This document shows, one piece after another, positions 1-13,000 of a stretch of DNA of 64,000 bases; the stretch's first letter is position 1; each line of letters begins with the position of its first letter. The DNA is from Pavona decussata. Lineage: Eukaryota. Both the position numbers and the translations under genes were made by a program. A model generated the notes under the pieces. That model saw nothing but the letters and a program-made list of their open reading frames with translations. It made no database searches and had not been told where the DNA came from. Where the stretch lies: assembly GCA_977016875.1 (NCBI GenBank), contig CDRNST010000124.1:496001-560000 (forward strand), in the 5' to 3' direction.

Positions 1-59
1 GAGCCCCCGTGTCCAACCACGCTGCGGTTTCATCATGAGAGAGTACGCAGGGTCGCGCT

Positions 60-245
60 GACACGTACGATGTAAACATGGCGGCCATGTAATAGTTGTT
101 TCCCTTTCATCAAAATAAGCTAATTATTGGCGTTACAGTCTGTTATTCCATAAAAGAAGCTTCACGCGTTGTTTGCACACCAGGGAAAGACTTTCAGGAA
201 TGTGGATGTTATAGTTGTAAAAGAGAAGAGTGCTATTCCTCGAAG
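60..245 (+). promoter_or_regulatory. Probable GOLGA5 promoter and non-coding first exon (donor AAG|GTAGG at 245/246)
   Basis: CpG-rich window start; YY1-like AACATGGCGG at 76-85; splice donor at 246; the ATG-bearing exon is preceded by a pyrimidine-rich acceptor (TTCAG, 1064). The TSS is not determinable from sequence. Confidence 0.55.
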
Positions 246-1076
246 GTAGGTTAGAGAAAGCAGACTTCGAATGTTTCAACGATTTTAAGTTTTTAGTAGC
301 CCATCAGAAATATCCTGTAAAATAGCCTGTATTTTAGAGAAATAATTTAGAGAGTAAGTTAAGTAATTCGTAATCTCCAGTCATTGGATGAAAATCACAA
401 TAAATAACCAAGTTGTTGTTATTTTGATAGCTAGATGTGTTTGATGACGTTTTGCAAATTATGGCATAAATATTACAACTTTCGTGGCTTCAAAACTTTT
501 GTACTTCGTGTTTTAAAGCTTTTCCTTGATTTTTAACAGGTTATGGAATTTTCAAGTAGTTTTGATTCTTCATTCTAAAATGTCATTTAAGTATTTTCTG
601 CTGGGCAAAATAGTTATTTAGTGTGATACATATCCTGTGCCATTTGTGTGAATAATTTATTGCCTTGCTTGTTTACCAAAGTAGAAAGCCAAAGCAGGAT
701 TTTGGTGTTGGTATTGTGACATCTTGTAATCAGGGTAGGGAAACTGCTAGTTAATTTCAACAAATTACATCTTAACCCTCTGTATGCCTCAGGAAGGTTT
801 TTAAGCTTGATAAAGATAAATAATTTGTAATAGCAACAGTTTTGAATTCAGTCAACCAGATAATCAATGATAATTCTTGTGGAATTTTTCATCTTTCAAG
901 TATTTACATTTTCATCCCACATCATTTTTAAAGCATTTTACTGCCCACACAAAAATGATGTGAACGGAGATTGTGCTCCTGTTAGCAGCAATTCCGCCTT
1001 CTCAAAACATACAGACTCTCACACGCCTCACCAATGCCCATTTTAATATGTTTCCCTCATTCAGATTTAACTCAAC

Positions 1077-4000
1077 ATGTCCTGGTTTTCTGAGCTTGCT
1101 GGTAAAGCTGAGTCACTTTTGGAGAAGGTTGATACTGTTGCAGCTACAGCATTGACAAAGGATCAAGCCAGCCATGAGCCTTTTGGACTTGACAGAGGTG
1201 TTAGTGCAGCTGTTCCTACCCCACCTCCCACTAGCACTCCAATAACAACTTCAGTGCCATACAGCAGCCAGGGAGACATTCCAAGAACAGGAACTGAACA
1301 TAGTGTTTTAGGTAGGTGTTTGAGTTGTGGTATGTTAACAAAATAAGAAGTAGAAAGCTAGGTGTTAAAGTGTAGCTAACACGTGTCTGAGAGAGATATT
1401 TGGGAGAATTGTATAGTTTATGTGAACCAAAGCTGTCAGGCTCTCATATACTGTATTGAAAAAGTTAATATTTTTGAGTTCTCCCAAATTCCCTTAGTTG
1501 TTTGTATTAGGATCCTACAAGGTGACCTGCATATCCTAGTATTTTGATTAATAATAATTTATTATTTCTGTTGTCAAATTAATAATGATTAACCCATTGG
1601 AGTCTGCATGTATTCCTGCAATTTCACAAATTAGCATATTAATAATTAACTCCCTGTGGAGAAAAATACAGAACTTACTGGGCAATACATGTCCTGTTAT
1701 TGGTCAAGTCAAGTTATATACACATGTCTTGTATTTGAGTGCATGTAAATCCTGAGACATTTTATGGTTTACCACAGAAATAAAGTAATGCACTTTTTGG
1801 GTAAAAGTTTTGGGAAGTTTAAAGCACACTTAGTCATGCATTTGTCTACACCTTGTGACTGCTTTTCTGAACACTTCTCTTTTGTTTTTTTAACCCTTGC
1901 ATGCTTCGCCACATTCTCTATGACTATTCTTGTTTCTTTTCTAGGGGTTAGTTTTTCAAGTTTCTTTATTTCCACATACTAATTTACAACGTTTATGCAA
2001 GGAACAGGGATTAGAAAAATGTGGAAGTGTATAAACAAAAACCCTTGGGGTTAAAAAGAGTTTATGAACCTGATTTCATGCTTAACAAAAGATATCATGC
2101 CTCATGGGTTACTGGACAAATTATTTTCCTTCCTTGCGACAGGTGGCCCCACAGTTCCCGTCAAGCCTCGACTTCCTTCATCTGGTACCAGGACACCCCC
2201 AAGGGTGACACGAACAGAAAACAAAACTGATGATAAATTATTTGAGTTTCTAAACAGCAATGTTCCTTCTTCTAAAGAGAGAAAACCCATTAAACCAAAG
2301 GTTTTTGTAGAAAGCTCATCTGAAGTGGCAGCAAAACCAACTGATACTGTGGATCTGGAGAAAGATGATGCCACTGATGGTCAATTTGATGAGGGTGAGC
2401 TGGGATGCTTGATGATTTTTGCTGCTTTTTTTTTCATTTTGTTGTACTACTACATAAGCAAGTAAAATTAACGACAAAGTCAAACGTTTTTTCGGAGTCG
2501 TCTTGCACCATTTTCATCATTTTTTAATGTTCAATTATGTCATTAATTTTACTTGCCATTGTACTAATATCCCTTTAATTAAGCTCCAATAGTGTGACAA
2601 GCATCTTACTCCTCACAATATTGTACTTACATGTAATTCACACAAAAAGGTCATTTTTGATCACCCAAGGTAAAATGTCTTCAGCTGATGTTTAATTACC
2701 AGATTCTTCCAACTAGTGCCATAAGAAAACATGGAGAACAGTGAGGAGAATATAGATACTGATACTTGGCTGAAAGGGTCAAAGGCTGTCTGATGGTTGT
2801 CACTTACAGTTGACAACCAGCTGTTATGATTGTCTTTACTTTAGTTAGCCGCTGACCATAACCAGATTTAGGAAAGAGGCTGTGGGAACCAAAACCCCTC
2901 TTTTATGTGCGACATTTGGAGAAAACAGTGTCTGCTGTCAAATGGTCTTCTTCAAACCTGGGTTTTGTTTTTTAATTTTTGTTGATCAAATCAGAACTGG
3001 GTGTTCTAGGTAAGTAAGCGGAACGTTAGGACAACCTTGCGAGGTATACCCAAAATTTCTATTCCATTTGATTCCTTATCCAGACTTTCCGGAATTTTTG
3101 GCCAAATGGAAAGCTCCCAAGGTCTCTGTTGAATAGGTGTGTGTCTACTTTAGTATGACTGGAAGTTTTGTATATTGTTATGGCTAGGAACTGTTGCAAA
3201 GAATGATGGCCACCCTGATGCAGTAACAGATGTTTCAAATGGACCAAATTTAGAAGAACCTCATTCACAAGCCATGCTACAGCATGATACTAGTGTGATC
3301 GTTGGTGGTCAGATTCATGCAGATGATCATCATGTGTCCAACCTTGAACTAGAGAACAAGTTACTAAAAAAAGAAGTGGCTTCTCTGAACGATGAAATGG
3401 TGTCTGTAGTGCAAAGGGCAAAGGAAGCTGAGAGGAGTAAGTCTGGAGTAATAAATGTAAAAATCTAGGTGAATTCTCATTCTCTATGTTGTTCAATTGA
3501 AAATTTATCATCATGATTTTTAGCCATGATTTATGGCTGTGATGTGGTTTTAATAAATCACCCATTATGAAGGAAAGTTATCCAAATCCAACTTGTGTCA
3601 AAACAGAAAAAAAAAAACAACAACAAAAAAAAAATTGTGTCAAAACAGTCTGACTAGGTCTCAGGGGAAACTAGTTTTGTGGTCGAATGTGTAATTAATT
3701 CATTGTGTTGAAACTAAATAAGTGTGACTTTGGTGTTTCATGCTCTGTTCCTCATCCAGGATGAGGACTAAAATAATGGTCTTCTTGCAAACTAATAATA
3801 TTAGCGGAAGGGCTTGCACAGAAATTTGGTCATGAAATTTATAGCTTTCATTGGAAAGATACAACTTGAGTTAAATGTCACAGAGATTTTTGACCTTTTT
3901 TGGTGACAACAGTGCTACAATACCTTCACTTACCGGTAGTTACAAAAATTAATAGTTTTAGTCAAGAATGCCGAGAAAAAGATATCAAAATGAATTTAAT

Positions 4001-7000
4001 TCTTGAAAGAAACAATTTGTGATCTGTCGAAGCGTATTTTGGAAACAAATATTCAAACTTGAAAAAAGTTGGCATAACTTTTTAAATTTAAAGTAGCAAT
4101 CCATTGCAACCCAGTCCATCATCTATGGCCAGGGACCCTTAACAACAGCTTTAGTACACTGGGGTGGTAATTATTAAAAGCTGGTCCATTATTTGTACGT
4201 TTCTCTGAGAGAAACCTTTTTTTTTGGTTTTTGAAATAACGCAAAATTGCCACAGATAAATTACACTGTCCCGTTAAGAGACCAAGTGTATCCGAATGCA
4301 TGGATGACCTTGTTTAGACCTACTGTGAGTTATAGTTAACAATAATTACCAATATCCAGCATGTGATACTGCTTTGTTTGTGAGTATAAAGGAACTTAAA
4401 TTTTTATATGTTACAATACAATCTATTCAAGGGGTCAAAGAAACAGAGAAGCAGTTGCAAAGAAGCCAGGCACAGTTATCAGCTTCTGAGGACATTGCCA
4501 GGCAGCTGAGGATGAAGGAAGATGATTTTACGGAGGCAGTTAATGCTAAGGACTCGCAGCTGGCTGTACTGCGTGTTAGGATACAGGAGTCTGACCAGGA
4601 ACTGCAGAACAAGCGTAAGCAAATTGAGGAATACCAGCTTGAAAGGGAAAGGTCAGTGAGAGCAATTGGAATATATACATCTTAGTAAAAGTAGTTAGTG
4701 CACCTATGGCTGTACTGTCAGTGGCAACAGGTGTGACTCTGAAAGTTCTTTCCTTTTAAATTTATTTCTTTAGGTTACTTCAGGATCACTCTCAGTCAAG
4801 TGGAGTTCACAGTCACGCTTTGGACACATTAAAAGCTAAACTACAAGAAGCGGAGAGAAAACTCAAGGCTGACCAAGAGTCTCATGAAAAAATGCAGGTT
4901 CAGTTAATTTATGTTTTTTAATGAGAAAAGTCAAGCTATTACAAAATAAATTAATGTACAGTATATCTTATTCTTTCTTTGCTATCCTGAAAAAGTTCTT
5001 GCACCTTTTACCTTTCATCAGAATGAATTTTTTTTTCTTGTGGCAAATGTTTTCCAGTGGCAAATCTGGGGTACAGCCCATCTTTCCATCTTCCTTCTGT
5101 CTAAGAATACAAGGCTGGAGAGCATAATATTGTTTAAAACTGCCAATGCCATTTTGATTATGGGCCCTCACCTTAACGTCTTTCTGCATCAGACACAAAT
5201 CTTTCCATGAAAAGCCAAATTATTATTTATGTAAATTACTAGGTTGAGTGAAGGAATTGGCGTGATTGTAACTTACCTGAAATCAAATTTATGGAAGGCT
5301 GATGGAAATTGATTTTTGTCCAATCAGTGTCGCAGTCCACTATCCTAGAATAAAGGTTAATATTCTGTAGTATGCTGAAAGCCAACAAATTCATAATAGT
5401 TTTTAATTGAATATTCATGGTTGAAAAAATACGATGTCAGACTGCCCTCAAAACTAACCACTTCCAGCTGGAGTTCTGAATCAATTTTGGACATTTTCCA
5501 AAGCTGGAAACAATAGTTTCTTGAAACTGCCCCTGCCATTTTAATTATGGGCCCCCAACTTAAAGAATTTCTGCATCAGCCGCAAATCTTTCCATGAAAA
5601 ACCAAATTATAGTATGTGTAAATTACTGTGTTGAGTGAAGGAATTGGCATCATTTTAGCTTACCTGAAATCTAATTTATGGAAGACTGATGGAAATTGAA
5701 TTTTGTCCAATCAGTGTCGCAGTCCACTATCCTAAAATAAAGGTAAAAAAATCTCTGTAGTATGCTTGAAAGCCAACAATTTCATAATAGTTTTTAATTG
5801 AATATTCATAGTTGAAAAAATACGTTGTCAGACTGTCACTACCCGCTGGAGTTCTGGTGGGTGTTGTTCTGAATCAATTTTGGGAACTTCTGCAATGTGG
5901 GCAGACATACACTGTGGCTGTTCCTGTGGTAGTCCACCTCGGAGAGAGTAGATTGTACGTAGAAAGACATTGAAAGACAAATCTCACCTACCTGCCTAAC
6001 AGGATTTGTGCATTTTCGTTTCAGCAAGAGTCCATGGACAGGCAAACAAAACTGCAAGAAGAGCAAGGAGCAATGGCTGAATCCCTGAAGAGTATGCAGA
6101 AAAAACTTAATGATGAGAAGAGTATCCATCCTCAGTTGATAACAAGAGGCAGATTGCTCTGATATTAATTTTTCTATTTTTCAAAATACAGTGGAACCTT
6201 GCTTTATACGGATGACTGGTTATTACGGAGAGTTTTCTTGGTCCCACAACATACATTTTCTTTTAATTAACCCAATAAAGACACACTGCAATACAGATAC
6301 TTTTTCTGGTCCCAGTGGTGTCTGTAATAACGCGGTTTGATTGTACAGACTGGATAGAAATTGGGTGTTGCATTTACATAGGCAATGTGGCCAAGAAGTG
6401 ATCTTCTCATGAGTAAGGAAGCCCATGCATTTTAAAAGATGTTACTTTAAAAGTTAGCTATTTTACTAATTTAAGGGCGTGGCCTCTTTTAGGCAGTGAT
6501 CGATTTGTTGCGAACTGACCTTGAGTATGTCAAATTTTAAATTATGTGATAAGGTAAATTGCTTTGGGTCACGTGTTGCACTCCTTAGCTTTAACACAGA
6601 TAAGAGCAATGAGAATGTAGCAGCACTCAAAACTGCGAAAGCAAATCTGGAAATAACAAAACAAGAATTGAAAGACTACAAGGACAAGGCAGCCCGGATC
6701 CTTCAGGTAAATGACCCGGCAGGAAATGGTATTATTTTAATTTTCTGCAGCGTCATTCATAACTGCATATATGCATACATCCTTTATCATTTTAATACGT
6801 AGGTCAGTAGTGGCAACCGTGGAGCTGATGTCGGCCCACAACTAACTAAAAAAAGCCTAACTAGGTACAATCTAATATTATTATACTTGATATTGACAAA
6901 TACAACGAAGGAAATATTTTAAGTATGAAAGAAAAAAAATAGGTTAATAAAATGTAAAATTTGCAAGAAAACGCACTCCTAATACAGATTGGAGTCGAGA

Positions 7001-10000
7001 TTGTATGGGACAGTCATTCAACGAATGAATGGATCTTGGGATCACCAACTTGACAAAGGGGAGAGAGAGAACCTGGGATTGAGATCAACGAATGTACTCC
7101 CTAATCTTTGACTATTGCTAGTTAATTGTCAATGATTAGTTATGGTGTGATTCTTAAAGAAATACTTAAAGAAAAAAAGGGCATGTTTCTTCCCAGCAAT
7201 TTATTATCGGTTTTTTTTTTTTATAAAGTTCAACCACCAGGCTTTTGTCCTTGACTATACAGCTATTTTTGGCAAAGGTTGTCAAAAAAACAACAACAAC
7301 AACAAAAAACGTAAAAACGTACGTGACAATGCCCAAATGTAGTCTGGGAAATATCCAATAAATTTCAATAAAAGCTCGGAATCCATGTTGCCCGCCATCT
7401 CAAGTCTTCACTGTACGGTCGAGGCATTCATTATGGATCCTGAGCTTTTATATAAATTTATTACGTATTTCCCAGACTACCTTTCGGCATTGTCGCGTAC
7501 GCTTTTACGCTTTGTTTGGACCTTTGTCGAAACAGCTGTATAAAAACATGGCATCAACCTTCTAAATGGTGTGCAATGCAATTGCAGTCCATTTCTGGAA
7601 AGTCGATTCTTCTATCTGCTGGTTTGTTTAACCTCTTACATATAACTGTCACTAAGATGAAATTTTTGTGCACAGGTAGCATGCCCAAACACGGATCAAC
7701 TGTTATTTGCAGCTTGAAGAATTCTTTCAAGATATTAATATGTGGAGAAATGTATTTTTTTGTATCATTGTTTCATTTTACTTCTTGGTAGGCTAAAGAC
7801 AAGGTGATAGCAAGCCTTCGTGATGGGACTAAAGGAGAGGTTGCAACTGGTATAAGTAGTTCAGAGTATGAAGAGGTTTGCCATGAGAGAGACATGCTAA
7901 AAGACGAGGTCAACCAGTACAAGTACAGAATAGAACAGCTCAAGGCTGATCTACAGGTGACTACATGTAGTAGCAAACGCACTGGTACTAGATTGTCTTT
8001 GCAGGCATGATCTATGGATTAGTAAATGTCAGTTTTGAAGAAAAACCAGGGGCGTAGCCAGCCATTTTCTCCATTTGAGCCCAAGTTGTACAGCGTAAGT
8101 CATATATATCAAACTTTGCCAACGTCCAACGTAGGAACAGGTGGTCTTGCTAGTTTTATCCCTGGCAGTCAACATTATCTAATGCTTTAATTAATACAGA
8201 TGCACAGCTGATTATTTTTCTCGTGGGATTTTATTATATTAAAAGAAAAAGTTAAAATTAATAAAGACTGCCTGGTATGATCATGTGCATGATTATAACG
8301 GACTAACCATCGCTCAAATTCAAGCCTTCTTGGTTTGCTCGCACAGAAGTCGCTGATGATACTCTCGGGGTCAATCGGCATCTCCCTGTATGCGTGCAGA
8401 AGAGCTAGAGATAATAGTCGCTCTGTCAGCGTAGTGGTCCGCACCTATGTTTTCACTCTTCTCGTGGTGCTAAATGATCTCTCTGGTGTAGCAGTGGACA
8501 CTGGCATGGTGAGGAGAATGGTAAACACGATGCGGCATGCGGATAGAGATCTCTTAAGGCGGAAATCAACAGTCGACTAAATTATCGTGCGCAAAACTCT
8601 TTCAAAGTTCCATAGTAACATATCTTTCCTTTGTTATCCTTTCAGCATTTTTTTAATTTATAATATTAAAACCCATTATTTTATTTTTCAAAATAAAACG
8701 TTGATATAGCGGGTATTCGCTATTGAATAGTAGGCAAAAGAAAATACAGCCTTTCGGCTGTTAAAAAAATTAATTACGAAAATTCTTATTAAGCCCGTGC
8801 TTAATGGCTTAAAGGCTAGCTACGCCCCTGAAAACTCCAACCAAAATCTGTGACCCACTCCCGCCAAGATGAATGTGGAGCAAAGTAAAGCGTAAGAATT
8901 GGCAGAGGCTAAAAAAATGCCTGCCTTTTATCAGGGCTGTTTGTTCGAAGCAGGAAAAATGTAGCTCATCCAAGTTTGGCCTCAAAATTGAATCAACTCT
9001 GACTTGTACACCATAAATGTGGAATTATGTAAATCATTTTTCCCTACGTTTTGACTTTGGGTACTTTCAAGCTTGAACAAAAAATAAGCAGTGAAAACAC
9101 TTTTGGACAGAAGAAACCTTAACCTTGGTAAGTGCCATTTGGCTTTTTAAACATTGGGACTAAACAAACTGCAGATAAAGACAAAATAACCTCGTGAAAT
9201 CATTTGGTGAATGAAAGTATTTTTAGAAGTTACGGTGGTCGTCAGACCATAAGAATTTTAAAACAAGTTCACTCTGATTTGCAGGAAGTGGAACAACAAC
9301 AGCAATCAGAGGCAGACCTTGCTCTAGAGAAAGTTGAGGAGTTACAGAGTGCACTTGATGACGAAAAGAGAAAAAAAGAAGCTTGTGAACAACAGATACA
9401 ACAGCAACTTCAGGTATGTGAAGTGCCATCCCGTATGTATGGGAGGAGCTTAGTCTGGTTAAGAGTTTTAAGTTAGACCTCTTATCCTATCTACCTTTGC
9501 AGAATATTTATTCACCAAGAAAACGCTTCCTTTAATGGAGCTGATACAAGGTGCTACAATGCGCGCATTTTTTTTTTTTTTAAATTTTAACGTTTCCACC
9601 CATGTTACAGGTGTGCTTAACATTGCGTTCAGCAATCTCAAAGCAGAATGATGACGCACTTGAAAAGGATTCATACACTGCGATTTTTGCATCATGTGTT
9701 TGGGTCAAACGATTGAAACTACATGTAGAGCACGAATTCCCTCGTTCCCTTTTATCTGTTCTTCCCTTCCTCAGTTGGTTAGACACTTGCATGGATGCCA
9801 TTGACTGAATTATGGTCGGCAAGGTTTTCGTTCTTGGTTCTCACTTTCTGATATGTCAAGACCACCGCTGAAATTGTTTGCCGTCTTCCATCAGTTTTCT
9901 CCATGAGTGGGTTGAGAATAGTATCACTTGCTTGAGACTAACAAAACATAATTCTTCCCCCAGGACCTACATTACGCCCAAGATGAAGTAAGAGTAAACA

Positions 10001-13000
10001 AAACCAGTTTGATGAGCCAAATACAGGTGTGTTGAATGGCACAAGTTTCTATTCCTTTTGTGTTCTTGTTTACTGGGATTCTTGTTAGTGCACTATTATA
10101 TTCACTGACAAAGCCGCCTTTATATTTTTTCCCTGCAGGAGAGAGAAAATGAAATTCAAAAATTGAGAAACCAGGTAATAAAAATTTAAGACATTACGTT
10201 AACATTAGACTACGAGTAGTCCCCCATTTTTCCTCAGGGATAGTAGGGCGAGCGAAACGCGAGCGCGCGTGAAAATCACCCCACGCGAGAAAAGGCGACA
10301 CGCGGCGGGGAGAGAGAAAAAGGAAAAATGGGGGACTACTGGTAGTCTACGTTAACATCTAATGATCCCATTTAAAATTTCTGCTGCGCGGTCGAGGACT
10401 GGCACTAGTTACATGCCTGTAATGATGATTTAGAAACATTCATTCATCCACCCTCGTACATTTCACCAATAAATCGCCACAAAACAGTGGTTGTTTACCT
10501 TTTACAAAATAAAAAAATCCGGAAATTTCGGTTGGAATGTAAATGGAAAACTGGATTTCTTGAAAGGTAGACCAAAATTCCCAAACGGAAATTGTGCGTT
10601 CCATTCACTCTTTCTGACCAGTTCTAGGCCTTTTGGGTTGGATCGCCTGGCTACTCAGCTCATTTTCCCGCTTAAATAACAAACATGGCTGCTTCGCAAG
10701 ATACACAAATGTTTCAGTGTGGAGTTTGTGGCTTGCTTGCTTCGGAAATGTCGTTGCTGATGAGGCATGAGTGTACCTCTATTGGTTCGGCGTCCCAGTT
10801 TGGTAAATAACATGAGTTTTACTCAACAGTTTCGTGCAACAGAACGAGTTTCGTCCGCCATTTTGAATCACATTACGGCTACTAGTTCCAGGCTTTACTC
10901 TGCAAAATCCTGCCATTGTAAATGGAACAGCAAATCCCGTATGGAAATTCCCATTCGGGTTTTGACGCTTTCCATTTGCCACACCTGTCGACCAACCGGG
11001 TTTTCTGATTTAAATGGTAAACAACCACTCACCAAATACCCCTAAACACCCCTTACAGCAACTCTTCTTGTGTAGTTAAGTTAATCCCCTATGTTTCGCC
11101 TCCCTTAAATCTGCACCCTGAAAACATGTGAATAATCTCCGTGACTGAAGAACTTGGCTACGAGAGCATCAGCTCAATATACGTACATTCGGCAAATTTC
11201 CGATTAAATTAATATTTATTTATTCGTTTTCCTTCACGCCTTCTTTGTCTCGTACTAATAAAAAAATGAACTAAAAATGTCTGACGTCTTTGCAGCCAAG
11301 TCAAAATTTTAATTTTGCTCATGTGTATTAGTTATACTTTGCTAACGATCATTTTTGTCGCAACAGCTGGCAACCAAGGCCCTTACTTCTACAAGTGAAG
11401 AAGAATTAGAGAATCGCGTGAGAGCTTTGACGGAAAACTTGATACAAAAACAGACCCTGATCGAAGCTCTCAGCACCGAGAAAAACTCGTTGGTGTTACA
11501 GCTCGAAAGACTAGAGGTATGTTAGAGGAACATACTAGACATTCATACGAGAGAAAGCAAGTCGCAACCTATGCACTTATAAAGTGATCTTTTAAATGGA
11601 TCAAAAACTGCTGTTCGCAGCTAAGACAGCAAAATTACCCCACATTACACCAATCAGAATGCATTTTTCCATTCCGTTTATTGCTAAGTTGTGAAAATAA
11701 TCGTAAATGTTTAGGGGGTCTTCAGGTTGCCATGGAAGTCCTCAGCATCTTAAGTTTACAAAAGGGTTCGAGATGAATAGAAGTCTGTTTTGGATCACTG
11801 CATTTGTGTTACCTGTTTTATTTGGACTGTACTAAATGAATCTGGGTAAGAAAAAAAAAATACTATAAATACCCTATTGTTTGTATCACTAAGTATTAAA
11901 GGCAGGGCGGAAATTTTGAGATGTGAATTGGTCCAAAGCAAACTTTGGGATATTAAATTAGAAAAGACCGTCACAATCGTGTTTGCGTATAGCCTCAAGG
12001 AAAATTACCCAGCTGTCCATCAGGACTAATGTTTTGCATCTGCGCACCGAATTTAGCTCTGGGGCGAAGTTGCATTTAAAATACACTCTTTTTTTTATTT
12101 CCCCACAAAAACTTTTGTCCGCATCTAAGCTAAGACGCCAAAAGGAGCTGTTTTAAATTCGGTGGAGACACGTACATCAGCAGCCTTGGAAACCTCCGAT
12201 TGGTTTGTGTTTTAAACAAAAATCTTCTTCAGTTGTGAAAATAGTCGTGAATGTTTAGGAGGTCTTCAGGTTGCCATGAAACTCGTCGGCTTCTTCAATT
12301 TACAGTAGGGTTCGAGATGAATGGGAGTCTGTTTTAGACCGCAGCATTTGCGTTGCCTGTGTTACTTGCACTGTACTAAATGAATCTGGATAAGAAAAAC
12401 TAGAACCATTGTTACCCTATTGTTTGTATCACTAAGTAGTAAACGCAGGGTGTGAATTGATTCAAAGCAAACTTTGCAATGTTAAATTAAAAAAGACCGT
12501 CATAGCCTTGTTTGCGTATGGCCTCAGGGAAAATTACACAGCTGTCCATCAGGACTGATCTTTAGCATTTGCCCACCGAATACAGTAACCCAGGGGCGAG
12601 GTTTCATTGAAAAAGCCCTTTCTTCTTTCCCCGCAAAAGATTTCGTTGTCAGTCGCCTTTTCTCTTGATCCCGGTAGTGGTTCGTCTGTGAATAAAGAAC
12701 AGAAAGGGAATATCAGCTTGATTTTATCTTCTCCGAGTCATTATCACTCCGTAAGAAGTCTGATGACAGCCTGTTATGAGGGTGAATTAGATGTTTCAGC
12801 GTATGCAAAGCATATTAAAACCTTGAAGGCACCCGAGAAAAGAGAGCAGGCAATGAATCCGAAACTTTCTGTTACTTTTTTAAAGAAATATTGCTTGATC
12901 GGGGGACGGGGCGCGAAACATTTTATGGGAATGGCTCTACACTTATTCAGTAAATATTCTTCTTTTCAATTGTTAGAAACAATACAGAGATGTACAAGCA

